A stretch of DNA of 64,000 nt. Origin: Scyliorhinus canicula (taxonomy: Eukaryota). The notes beneath the pieces are model-generated. The model was given only the letters and a program-made list of their open reading frames with translations. It was not told the origin of the DNA and made no database searches. The DNA lies in NCBI RefSeq assembly GCF_902713615.1, contig NC_052175.1, positions 9,837,271-9,901,270 on the forward strand, read 5' to 3'. This document shows, piece after piece, positions 37,683 to 49,949 of this stretch. The position numbers and the translations under genes are program-made. Within the stretch, counting starts at the first letter, position 1. Every line of letters starts with the position of its first letter.

Positions 37683-38300
37683 AACATAGAACATAGAAAA
37701 AGAACAGTACAGCACAGACAGGCTCTTCGGCCCTCGATGTTGTGCCGAGCCATGATCACCCTACTCAAACCCACGTATCCACTCTATATCCGGAACCCAA
37801 CAATCCAATTTAGCATGGCCAATCCACCTAACCCGCACATCTTTGGACTGTGGGAGGAAACCGGAGCACCCGGAGGAAACCCACGCACACACGGGGAGGA
37901 CGTGCAGGCTCCACACAGACAGTGACCCAGCCGGGAATCGAACCTGGGACCCTGGAGCTGTGAAGCATTTATGCTAACCACCATGCTACCGTGCTGCCCC
38001 ACCGGCTCTTGGAAACAGCACCCTGCCCAAGGTCAACACCTCCACCCTATCCCCATAATCCAGTAACCCCACCCAACACTAAGGGCAATTTTGATCACTA
38101 AGGGCAATTTATCATGGCCAATCCACCTAACCTGCACATCTTTGGACTTTGGGAGGAAACCGAAGCACCCGGAGGAAACCCACGCACACACGGGGAGGAT
38201 GTGCAGACTTCGCACAGACAGTGACCCAAGCCGGAATCGAACCTGGGACCCTGGCGCTGTGAAGCAATTGTGCTAACCACAATGCTACCATGCTACCCAG
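37683..38300 (-). mobile_element. Two tandem HE1-like SINEs (about 37683-38000 and 38000-38300)
   Basis: Two heads with ggttcgattcc; the left copy has the (CATAGAA)n tail. Confidence 0.9.
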
Positions 38301-38459
38301 GGGGACAACACATATTCAATGCCAGTTATCGGATCAGCACTAAAGAATGGTATTGATTGCCCTCCTAAACGTGGACTTTAATGGTTCTCCACTCAGAATC
38401 TGAAGCTTCAGAATGTTCAGAAAGAGTCAAAAATATAACTCTGAAGCTTTGGATACCTG

Positions 38460-38790
38460 AGAACCATATAAATCCGACAGTAAGGTAAGAGGCAATTCGG
38501 TCCATCGAGTCTGCACGTCGCCTCTGCGAGAGTACCCTAACTCGGCTCACTGCACCAAAGCATCACCGTAAACATGATCCCACTTAACTTGCTCATCTTT
38601 GGACACTGAGTAACAATTTAACACGCTGCATCCACCAAACCTGAACATCGGTGGACTGTGGGAGGAAGCAGGAGCACAATTCCACATAGACATCGGGACA
38701 ACATACAGACTCCACACAGAGAGTCACCGAAGATCGGAATTGAATCCCGGTACCTGGCGCTGTGAGGCAGCAGTCCTACCACTCGGCGAC
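38460..38790 (-). mobile_element. Older HE1-like SINE
   Basis: Degenerate head, body and tail. Confidence 0.75.
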
Positions 38791-39198
38791 CGAACCACCA
38801 ATATAGACACTATACATTTTCCGATACAACCTGTCACATTTCCTATCCAAATAGTAGGGTTTGAAGAGGTTCCATGAAACAAAATTGGAAAATGATTCCG
38901 ATCATTATTGTTGCATCGTTCCTGTATGCTGGGAGATTTCATCATAATTCCACAGTATCATGTGATCAAAATAATATATGCATATGGAAGTGCTGCGTTT
39001 CACACACCACATCATGTCGATCAGTTTCAAAGCTATTGATGCAATATGTTTGTTGAAATAAGTGTAAGTAACAGCAATGAGCTGGGGTATAACTTTCCCA
39101 ATGGATACGGACGACAGATTGAAACCCGGACTGACTCAATCGCAGGAACATAATTCTGGAACTGAGTGTCTCGCAAACAGACTGAACGATAACCAATT

Positions 39199-39268
39199 AT
39201 GGAAGCTTCATCCGTACTTTCGATAGAGTATATTTACTATCCTGTTCTGGCAGCAGTTGGAATTCCTG
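39199..39268 (+). CDS. GPCR gene C exon 1 (MEASSVLSIEYIYYPVLAAVGIP)
   Basis: ATG at 39199, 70 nt, donor CCTG|GTGAGG, phase 1. Confidence 0.88.
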
Positions 39269-40639
39269 GTGAGGTTCCTATTCTGTTCATGATGTGAAGA
39301 TGCTTAACTTTGCCAATGCATTTAGCAACATTTCTATGCTGCATTTTTGCCACATCTACATGGGCGGATTATGTACTTGCTCAGATCTCTTTTCTTGCCG
39401 TGGTTTTACTTCAGCTTCGGTGGTGAAATACATTTCGAGAGCAGTTCTGATTGTGATACTGGATAAGCCTCTGCACTGAATTCACAAGTCACGACCTCGG
39501 CAAAACAGAATATCCCACACATCGGGGATAATTACGATTTTATATTAAGGATCAAATACGCTCTGAATGACTCATTTACTGACGTGCTCTCAGCCTCAAA
39601 AATGTTAATGCCACCTGCAGTCTATACCGTACATTGTCTCATGTAAAGGTGTCCGGTTGAACTGGGAGATCAGTGTCGGTGTGGTTTGCCAGCTCCAGGT
39701 TTATATGTAGACAAAGCGTTTGCAATCAGCGCGACACAACAGATGGTCTTCCTGTGATGGGGCGCATTCGCAGTAGCCGTGGATCAAGGCAATCACCCCC
39801 CTCAATCAGTGGTATCTCCTTTGCTCTTTGATGTAATTTCACTTTACATTTCTCCTGTTAAAATCATTGATATCCTCTTTTCAACCCACAGGCTTAGACG
39901 GCAAGAACAAAGATATTACCAACATGAGCAGATATCAGAGATTTCCCTCGCATGCGCCTGTAACACTTTCCAGCTCTATATGTCCGTATTCCCTGATATT
40001 TCCACTGCAGAATCATGGTAGCAGCTTTTATTCTCTCGTTTATCCAGCGCTCACATAATCTTGTCAGCCTGAACCATTGCTTGCGTCATGGAAAGCAATT
40101 AACGTGTCGTGAAATCATCCTTTCAGCTGACAATATTCATATGTGAAATTATAGATTCACTTTTCTAATTCTTGAATTTTCTATCTCGATGTATGTTTCC
40201 TCCCATGTCAGATACGGTCACCGCACTGCAGCTGCGCATGGCAGATCCGGATAAGTTATTACCCACCGATTTCCTCAACCGTCCCACATCCATCCAGCTG
40301 CGAATCGCTTCAGTATTCCGTAATTTCTCTTCACTTGCAATTGCTATTGGAACTCCTCGCTTGTCTGTTTTGTTTAATTTCCCCAAGTTTTTGTCATACT
40401 TAATTCCCACCGTGATGCTGAATACGTTGTGAAGCAAATTCCTGCTCTTCGGTACAGCGGGAAATCATCTAATTTCATCCTGTTTCCTCTCAGTGGTGAT
40501 AACCTTAGATTCGATATGGGGCAGCGCTTTGTCAAATCCCGATCATTGCTTCCACCCCTTCTGCACTGAAATGTGGCACAAATCATATCTGTGGAGTCGG
40601 ACGGAATTGGTGGAATATCACCACTCTCAAATCCATACC

Positions 40640-40960
40640 TCATTGAATCATATCATCTCTACTGTGCAGAAGGAGGCCATTCGGTCCATTGATGCTGCAA
40701 CGATCCTTGGAAAGAGCACCCTAACTACGCCCATGGCCTGACTTTGCACCCGTAACCCGGAATCCCCAGTTGTCCTTTTGAACACGAAGGGGCCGCTTTG
40801 GATGGCCAATCGACCTAACTGTGGGAAGAAGGCGAAGCATCGGGAGGAAACCCACGCACACCCGGGGAGAATGGACACTCCACAGACAGACACCCGAGGC
40901 CGGAATTGAACTTGGGTCTCTGAAGCTGTGAGGAAGCAGTGCTAACCACTGTGGCACGGT
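40640..40960 (-). mobile_element. HE1-like SINE in the gene C intron
   Basis: Head gtgccacagtggttagc, B box agttcaattcc, tail. Confidence 0.85.
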
Positions 40961-41053
40961 TCCGCCATGGAGGACTCCAGACGTTAAACTTGTCTGTAGT
41001 TACTTCTCAGTGGCTTATTTTTTTCATTTTAGTGTCTGTCTTTCTTTTTGCAG

Positions 41054-41994
41054 TTAACTTGACTGCGATTGTGACACTGAGTCGGAAAAAGTGTGGTCTC
41101 TCGAAATGTATCACTGGTTCCATGCTTGGAATGGTGGTGACGGATTTCCTGGTCATTATCAATGAGGTCCTATTATTTCGGATAGGTTATCAATTTTTCC
41201 CTGAAACTTTCTTCTCCATTACCCCTGTGTGCAGTATCATTACTGTTCTGACTCGGGACTCCAGAGACATCTCAGTTTGGTTAACTGTTGGTTTCTCATT
41301 TGATCGCTTCATCGGTATTTGTTGCCCAAAGCAGAGAACAAAATATTGCACAAAGACAACAGCGTCGGCTATTATATCATCAACATTAATTCTGCTGAGC
41401 TTTAAAAGAGCTGTTTGGTATTTTATATATCAACCTTTGGAAATAATCGGCAATGTCCCCTGGTATTGTGATATAAAGGTTAGCTATTTTACTGACTCTG
41501 GGTGGGTGGCCTTTGACAGGTTTGATACACTGTTAACACAATGTCTCCCGTGTGTCTTAATGTTACTGGTTAATACTCTGACAGTCAGACACATCTTAGT
41601 GACAAGTCGAGTCCGTCGCGGATTGGGGGGTCAGGGTAAAGGAGAGAAAAAGGCTGATCCTGAAATGGAGAACAGAAGAAAGTCCGTTGTTTTATCTTTG
41701 CAATTTCTGGCAACAAAACTCTTGTGGTTGCCGTATATTACAAGTTTCTTGTATTACATATTTGCACAAACAAGTCCCCTGGATTACAGCGAATCTTTAC
41801 ATGCGCTTCATCTTTGTGGTTATATGTTGCAGAATTTAAGTTCCTGTGCAAATACCTTCATTTATGGAGTAACTCAAAGCAACTTCAGACAGCAGTTCAA
41901 GATCGTGTTGAAATATCCGATTGTTACGTTTGTTAAATTGTTTTACAAAAAAATGTTAGATAACAACACTGTGTATTGTCTGGGGAAGTATTGA
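41054..41994 (+). CDS. GPCR gene C exon 2: class A GPCR, GPR139/GPR142-like family (336 aa when spliced; may be decaying)
   Basis: Acceptor tttttgcag|TTAAC gives GIP-V-NLTAIV. Motifs VVTDF, PVCS, FDRF, WYCD, LWLP, NTFIY. Open frame, but with a compensated frameshift in TM6. Confidence 0.85.
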
Positions 41995-42689
41995 TGGCTT
42001 TCATGTAATATCGTACATGGATCTGGAATTAAAATCTGCATTTGGAATATCTTAGTCGTCTGGTTAACATTTTGTTGCACGGTCCTCCCCTTGTAATTCA
42101 GGTGCCGGAAAGTAATTTTTAGGAATTTCAGTTCATCCGTGTTGCACAATGAAGTGCGTGAAGATGACAATGATATCCCATTCTTAAGAAGATGGAAAGA
42201 GCTTGGGTGAAGTTTAGAGCACCGACATGTCATGTGGAAGCAGCTTGAGTCATTTTCTCAGTCTGGTCTTTGCTGCCATATCGCGAGATATCGGACTATG
42301 ATGAACTGAAACGGTTTTCGGATTTTGAAAGGTGAATAGATTTTTGATCAGTCTATCACCATTGTAGACCTGTTCATGTTGTCTTCTCTATAGAGTCAGA
42401 AGAAGTTTTTAGCGCTTTGATACGCATCTCCCATTCCTTTAACATGCACAAATGTTAAATGTTAAATGTTCCTGTGTTTCTTAGAAATAGGGCTAAATTG
42501 GCTACAATATTGATGAGCCGGGTTGACCAATTCATTCAATAATCAGGAAAGCTACGTTACTGATTGTTTCTAACACTGTACAATATAATTTCATATTGCG
42601 GTTAATGATAGCGGCGTGCTCCACAAACGTGAGAGCTGAGGGCGAGGCTTTGATATGGCGCCTGAGCGGAGACAGGTAATGCATACATC

Positions 42690-43378
42690 CATACAATTTA
42701 CAGTGCAGATAGAGGCCATTCGGCCATCTAGTCTGCACCGGCTATCGGAAAGAGCACCTTACGGAGGACCACACACTATTCCCTTAACTCAGGAACTTAG
42801 GCAGCACGGTAGCATTGTGGATAGCACAATCGCTTCACAGCTTCAGGGTCCCAGGTTCGATTCCGGCTTGGGTCACTGTCTGTGCGATGTCTGCACATCC
42901 TCCCCGTGTGTGCGTGGGTTTCCTCCGGGTGCTCCGGTTTCCTCCCACAGTCCAAAGATGATCAGGTTAGGTGGATTGGCCATGATAAATTGCACTAGGT
43001 GTCCAAAATTTCCCTTTGTGTTGGGTGGGGTTACTGGGTTGTGGGGATAGGGTGGAGGTGTTACCCTTGGGTAGGGTGCTCTTTCCAGGAGCCGGTCAGA
43101 CTCGATGGGCCGAATGGCCCCCTTCTGCACTGTAAATTCTATGAACCCCAGCTAACATTTTTTGAACACAGGTTAATTTGTCGTGGCAAATCTACCTAAC
43201 CCCAGCATCTTTGGACTGTGGAAGGGAACCGGAGAACCCGGAGCAAACCCACACAGCCACAGGCCGGAGAAAACCCACGCAGACTCCGCACTGACAGTGA
43301 CCCAACCCGGGAATTGAACTTGGAACCCTGGAGATGTGTGGCGACAGTGTTAACCACTATGCTACCGCACCGCCCGTG
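42690..43378. mobile_element. SINE cluster: tail fragment (minus, 42690-42780), full SINE (plus, 42800-43146), SINE (minus, 43150-43378)
   Basis: HE1-like heads and bodies in opposite orientations. Confidence 0.88.
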
Positions 43379-44429
43379 TACTATATTTGTTCGGAAGAAT
43401 AGAACAACGAAGAATGATCTGAGCATAATCTTCCCACCGAGAACAAGTCCTCTTAAATGAGAGCTTGGTCACATCCATAAACTTGCAGAGAATTCTAAGT
43501 TCAAATTCCAGCCTTCATTTTCTCAATAATGGTCTGCGCCCTCTTCCTTCTAATCGAGTGTATTTACTGTCCCATTGTGAAATTAGGTAACTTCCAGTTC
43601 AACATTTATTTCATGTGTCGGTGTAATTCAAAAATGCTTTTACTGTGCTGATGTTTCTGATAATATTTATGTTGCTGCATTATTTCCTCAAATCTCTGCT
43701 CTAATCACTCGGCTCAAACAAATTAACTTTATGTCTCCAACATCACTGATGTTGGGACTGGATTATTATTGCTTGCGCTTAATATTTTCAACACATGTGT
43801 ATGGCTCAGCAAATATAACCGGAGATACTGGAGACTGAACAATGTTTCATGTTCATGAACAAAACAGTTCAGAAATATTCACTCACGATTCTACTATCAA
43901 CGATTGATGGTGAAGCATTTCAATCATTTCCCAGTAACGAAGTTCATATCGTCTGGCAGATCAATCTATTAATGTGTTATCTGTCGAATAAAATAACGTC
44001 TCCTATGTGTATCTGATAAAGCTCAATGTGACTAAAACAGTTGGAGAACCAAATAATGATTACAGTACATGCACAAGGTCATTCGGGCATCAAATCTATA
44101 ACAGCTATCAGTATCTTAAAACATTCAATTCCCTCACTCCGCCTCATTCTCTTCATCCTGTAATGCAGCCTCCATCATCAAATTCCCTTTGTTAAATATG
44201 AGTCCTTTACATTTCCAGAACACATTGCGACTGTGAGTCGCAGGTTATCACCGCTCGCAGAATAAAGTATCGATATTCCTTATGTCTCGCTACTCCTCTT
44301 GGCCAAAAAAAAAGCTATTTCCTCTCATATTTGTACCAGCAATGGGAGCAGTATGTTCTATTGCTTATTTTATCCTTTACTGTCATCATCGAGCTCCCTC
44401 TCTCAAGACATCCCACAATCACTTTTCTT

Positions 44430-44560
44430 CAAGCGAAACATCTCAAATTGCTCAGTGATTTCGAGATGTTAATCAGCCTGTCGATGGAAAAGTTTTTCCT
44501 CATGTCTGCTCCAAAATTTCGACCAATCACCTTAAATCTATGTTGACAACCCAACTTGAG
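44430..44560 (-). mobile_element. Decayed CR1 3' fragment
   Basis: Minus strand catagatttaaggtgattgg...gacatgaggaaaaacttttcc resembles HRFKVIG..DMRKNFF. Confidence 0.65.
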
Positions 44561-44666
44561 AAACAATTCTTGCATGTCTAAACAAAACCTACAGCTGCAA
44601 ATGTATCCTTAATGTGTATAATCTTGCTCGTCATCACGGTTTCAAAGGTCCATATATTCGCCCCAC

Positions 44667-47210
44667 TTGGATTGGATTGGATTGGATTTGTTTATTGCCA
44701 CATGTACCTAGGAAGAGTGAAAAGTATTTTTCTGCGAGAAGCTCAACATATTATTAAGTACATGGGAAGATAAGGGAATTATTGAAAATACATAATTGGG
44801 AAACACAAAGTATACAATGTATCTACAGAAACATCGGCATCGGATGAAGCATACAGATTGCAGTATTCATGATGTCAGCCGATAAGAGGGTCATGTAGGA
44901 GTCCGGTAACAGCGAGGAAAAAGTTGTTTTGAGTCTGTTCGTGAGTAGTCTCAGACTTCTGTATCTCATACCCGACGGAAGACTTTGGAAGAGTGAGTAA
45001 GCCGGGTTGGAGGATTTTTTTTCAATAAAGGATTTTATTGGGTTTTTGAAAAAGGTATAATTACCGTTATGTACACAGAATAAGAAACATATTCAATACA
45101 GATATTTAGAAGAGAAGGGCACAACCCAACATAAAATACAATAAAATATGAAATAGCAGCAGCTCTGTGCATCTGGCAGAATTATTTACACCACGTAAGT
45201 ACGCAACTGCTTCCGGGGAGGGGGGTGGGGGAGGGGGGAGGGGAGGGTGGGGAGAGGGGGGCAGTGGTGGCGGGGATTGGGGGGCGGTGAAATATACATT
45301 TGGGTGCCGGGGAGATAATTACAGTGTGCGATACTTGGCTGTGCTGTGCGCTGTTGTCGGCTGCTTCTCCCGGACGGAACTCACTGCCGTCACCCGCTCG
45401 CCTCCGCTTCTGCAGCTCCTCCTGTCCTCCATCTTTAATTTCCCCGTTACCCGCTCCTGGAGATGTCATGCACGTTTTGGCATCCCGTGCCTTCCTTCCG
45501 GCTCCCGTTTCCCTGCCCCCCGTCCAATCCCGCTGGTTCTCCTCTCTTGTCCCCCACCCCCCCCCCCCCTCCACGGTTCGCCTTTCTTTCCTCAGGTTTA
45601 ACTGTCTCCACCCTGCCCCTCCCCACTGTGTGTTCGCCTTTCTTTCTTCATGTTTAGCCGCCCCCTCTCCCTCCCTCCCTCCCACCCTCCCAGTCCCACT
45701 CTCCCGTTCACGCCTTGGCTACCATACCCTTATTATTGACTAATTTCAGCTGATTCTTGGCTACGTGGCTATTCTTCCTCTTGTTCGTTGGCCACTAACA
45801 GGTCCCGGAACAGTTGCATAAATGGCTCCCACGTTCTGTGGAAGCCGTCGTCTGACCCTCGGATGGAGAATTTGATTTTCTCCATTTGGACAGATTCCGA
45901 GAGGTCAGACATCCAGTCCGCCCTCCTCCCTAGGAATAGATCTGGTTGGTCCGAGACCCCGAAGACCGCCACTTTCGGGCATGGCTTCACCCTCACTCCC
46001 ACCACTTTGGACATTGCCTCGAAGAAGGCTGCCCAGTACTTCACAAGTCTGGGGCAGGACCAGAACATGTGGGCGTGGTTGGCCGGGCCTACGTTGCACC
46101 GTTCACATCTGCCCTCCACCTCCGGGAAGAACCTATTCATACGGATTCTTGTTAAGTGGACTCTATGTACCACTTTTAGCTGCGTCTGGCTGAGCCTTGC
46201 GCACGTGGCGGTGGCGTTGACCCTATGCAGTGCTTTCCTCCAGAGTCCCCATCCTATTTCAATCCCAAGGTCCTCCTCCCATTTCTTTCTTGTTGCGTCC
46301 AGTACGGTGTCGGCCCTTTCTGTCAGTCGGACGTACATGTCACTACATTTCCCCTTGTCTAGTATGCTTGTGTCCAGTTGTTCCTCCAGTAGTGTCTGTC
46401 GTGGCGGTTGTGGGAACGTCCTTGTCTCCTTTCGTAGGAAGTTTTTAAGCTGTAGATACCTTAGCTCGTTCCCCCTGGCTAGCCGAAATTTATCTGTCAC
46501 TTCGTCCAGTGTTGCGATCCTGCCGTCCATGTGTAGGTCCCTGACTGTCAATGTCCGTGCGTCCTGCCTCCACCTTTTGAAGGTGGCGACAGTCAATGCT
46601 GATGTGAACCTATGGTTGTTGCAGATGGGAGCCTTGTCCGACATTTTGGTCTGGCCAAATTGCTGCCGCAGTTGGTTCCATGATTGGAGGGTGGCTATCA
46701 CCACCGGGCTCCTGGAATGTTTTTTGGGTGGGGATGGGAGTGCTGCCGTGGCGAGAGCCCGGAGTGCGGTTCCCACGCGTGAGGCCTCCTCCGTGCGAAC
46801 CCATTCGGACTCTGGCTCCTGGATCCATCCCCTTATTCGCTCGGAAGTTGCCGCCCAGTGGTAGAATTGTAGGATTGGGAGGGCAAGCCCCACCCTGGAT
46901 TTTGTTTTTTGTAGGACCTTCTTTGGGATCCTTGCATTCCCCCCTCCCCCTCTCGCCGATACGAACGCCATGATTAGTTTGTCCAGCGCTTTGAAAAATG
47001 CCTTGGGGATGTTGATCGTCTGGACTCTCCCCGCGAGGGAGAGTTGGAGTGTGTTCCATCTTTGCAGGTCCTTTTTTACTTCCTCCGTTAGACTTGTTAG
47101 GTTCCATTTGTGGATCCCTTTCCAGTCATGGGCTATAATGGGTCCCCAGGTAGCTGAATGTGTGTCGGGCTGGTTTAAACGGTAGCCCCTTTAGTGCTGC
47201 CCCCCCCCCC

Positions 47211-47241
<31 letters not shown>

Positions 47242-49530
47242 GGGTGTACTGGGAAGATATCGCTTGTGCTCATGTTGAGTTTGTAGCACGAGAAGGCTCC
47301 AAACTCTTTCAGTAGCGCAATGATCCCGTCCAAGCTGCTCTGTGGGTCCGAAAAGTAGAGGAGCAGGTTATCTGCATAGAGTGAGTCTGTGCTCTCTGTC
47401 TCCCCTTCGGATCCCCCTCCAACATTTTGCTGCCCTGATCGTGATTGCTGGCGGTTCGATCGCAAGGGCGAACAGCAGCGGGGACAGCGAGCAGCCTTGT
47501 CAGGTGCCCCTGTGTAGTTAGAAGTATTGGGAGCTGGTATTGTTGGTCCGTACGCTCGCCATGGGAACTTTGTATAGGAGCTTTACCCAAGAGGTTGATC
47601 CCTGTTCCAAGCCCAAACCGCTCCAGTACCTCTATGAGGTATTTCCATTCGACTCTGTCGAAGGCCTTTTCTGAATCCAGGGAGACGATCACCTCTTGTG
47701 TTCTCTCACCGGAGGGGGTCATTATCACGTTCAGCAGGCGACTGATGTTCGAGGTGAGCTCTCTACCTTTGACGAAGCCCGTCTGGTCCACTGTGACCTC
47801 CTCAGCTACACAGTCTTCTAGCCTTTTGGCTAGGATTTTGGCTAGGATTTTGGCGTTTGCGTTTAGCAGTGAGATGGATATGTATGAACCACATTCCGTT
47901 GGGTCTTTGTCCTTCTTAGGTATCAGCGAGATTGAGGCCTGTGCTAACGTGGGTGGCAGTGTGCCCTTAGCTAGCGAGGCTGTGAACATCTCCCGCAGGT
48001 GCGGGGCCAGCGCTGTCGCGAATTTTTTGTAGAAGTCCGTCGGGAATCTGTCCGATCCCGGCGCCTTTTCCGTCTGCATGGAACTAATGCTGTCCATGAT
48101 CTCTCCCACTGCTAGTGGTGCGTCCAGGTCCCGGTTTCTGCCCTCCCCTACGACTGGAATGTCCAGTTCAACAAGGAAACGTTTCATCCGACACTCCCTC
48201 CTTGGGGGCTCAGAGGTGTACAGCTCTTGGTAGAAGGCCGTGAAGGTTTTGTTAATCTTTTCTGATTCGTTTTCAACGTGCCTCCCGTACCCCTGATTTG
48301 TACAATTTCTCTGGTGGCTGCCTGCTTTCTCAGCTGGTGTGCCAACAGGCGGCTGGCTTAGTCTCCGTGTTCGTACAGGGTCCCGCGCGCCTGGCGTAGT
48401 TGGTGCACTGCTTTCCTGGTGGAGAGCAGGTCATTGTTCCTATGTAGTTCTTTCCTCTCTGCCAGGAGCTCTGTGATCGGGGCCTCGGAGTATTTACCGT
48501 CTTCCTCCAGTACGGAGTCTGTCAGCTGCTGCCTAGCCACCCTTTGCTCCCTGTCTCTTTGCGCATTGAAAGCGATGATTTCCCCTCTTAGTGCGGCTTT
48601 TAGCGCTTCCCAGAACGTGGAGGGAGAGACCTCCCCGTTTTGGTTGTTCTCCGTGTACTCTGCTATGGTCTGCACGGTCCTTTCGCTGAAGGCCTTGTCA
48701 GCTAGTAAGGCACCGTCCATCTCCATGTGTGGCGCTGGGTCCTTCCCGTCTCTAGCCGCACGTCCATGTAATGGGGAGGTGTTTTTGATTATGCTTCCCG
48801 CTTTTCCCAGGCAGCGGGAGGTGTAGATGGAGTCAATGTATGGGAGGTAGGTTTGTGTGATGGACTGGCCGGTGTTCACGACTCTCTGTAGTTTCTTGTG
48901 GTCCACGGCCGTAGCCAATCTTTTTCATTCCAGGCTGTGATGCAACCAGATAGAATGCTTTCTCTGGTGCATCTGTAAAAGTTGGTAAGGGTTAATGAGG
49001 ACATGCAAAATTTCCTTAGATTCATGGGGGCATACAGGCGATGGGGTGCTTTCGTAGTGGTTGCGTCGACATGGGTGCACCAGGACATCTTTTGGATATG
49101 TGCACCCCAGGGATTAGAAACAGCTAAACATCTCCACCTTGGCTTCAATGATACTGTCTGTGGTGTGTACAGTACTTTGCTTCCTGAAGTCAATGACCAG
49201 CTCTTTAACTTTGCTGGCATCGAGGGAGAGATTATTGTCGCTGCACCACTCCACTAGGTTCTCTATCTCTCTCCTGTATTCTGACTCGTCGTTATTCGAG
49301 ATCAGGCCCACTTTGGTCGTATCGTCAGCAAACTTGTAGATGGAGTTGGAAACACATTCTGCACCGCAGTCGGGTCTGTACAGAGGGTAGAGTAGGGGCT
49401 AAATACGCACCCTTGCGGTGCCCCGTATTGAGGACTATTGTGGATGAGGTGTTGTTGTTCATTCTTACTGATTGTGGTCTGCTGGTCAGTATGTTGAAAA
49501 TCCAGTCGCAGAGTGGAGAGCCAAGACCAG
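44667..49530 (-). mobile_element. Rex1/Babar-like LINE split in two (44667-45017 and 48775-49530) by an L1 insertion
   Basis: 5' piece: GLISNNDESEYRREIENLVEWC...RCLGKAGSIIK. The 3' piece matches 17500-17860 and ends in (TGGAT)n at 44667-44690. Confidence 0.8.
45018..48775 (-). mobile_element. 5'-truncated L1/Tx1-like LINE (RT and C-terminus)
   Basis: KAPGSDRF, DQTGFVKGR, LDSEKAFDRVEW, LYADN, CARLSQTQ...CERC; AATAAA and A tail at about 45018-45045. Confidence 0.92.
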
Positions 49531-49949
49531 ATATCGATGGAATTCTCATCCAAGGAGTGGACCAATGGTAGTTTTCAGGAGTTTCTACAACATTTTCCAT
49601 TTTGAAAAATACACCAACGTTGCATATATTGCTCTACTTAATCACAGATTATATACCTGGTTATTTTGAATATAGTTATGAACATGAAACTCCATCGACA
49701 TTCGATCCTTCGACTCTTTTTCGTACTGCGCCTTCCTGTCGACATCTTCTCTCGTCATCTCAAGGTTCTATACAGCCGTAGCAAGACTTACCATCCTACC
49801 TTCTTTGCTGCACTCCAACTGTTCTTCTTATTTTTTTTCTTTCCCTCCCTGTCTCATTTCGTCCACGATAGTTGCTTGGCCCGTTCTTAAACACATTTAA
49901 TCCTTCTTTGCCTCACTTAGTCAATCCATCCCTACTTGTTTGCCACGAA

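Noticed and set aside
40165-40437. Overlapping ORFs of about 90 aa in the gene C intron
   Set aside because: No motif recognised; cannot be supported without a search.
40939-41053. N-terminus of ORF 40939..41994
   Set aside because: Starts inside a SINE and crosses the polypyrimidine tract; the real exon 1 is 39199-39268.
6302-41994. Assigning the symbol GPR139 to any of the three genes
   Set aside because: Family-level resemblance only; WAPR is absent and there are multiple paralogs, so orthology is unsupported.
43745-43830. Faint resemblance to GPCR TM7/helix 8 DNA
   Set aside because: Needs several indels over a short AT-rich stretch; indistinguishable from chance.
45788-46864. 358-aa plus-strand ORF and similar long antisense ORFs in LINEs
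   Set aside because: Antisense shadows of GC-rich L1/CR1 ORF2.
48358-48918. 186-aa ORF as a novel gene
   Set aside because: Chance fusion at the Rex/L1 insertion junction.
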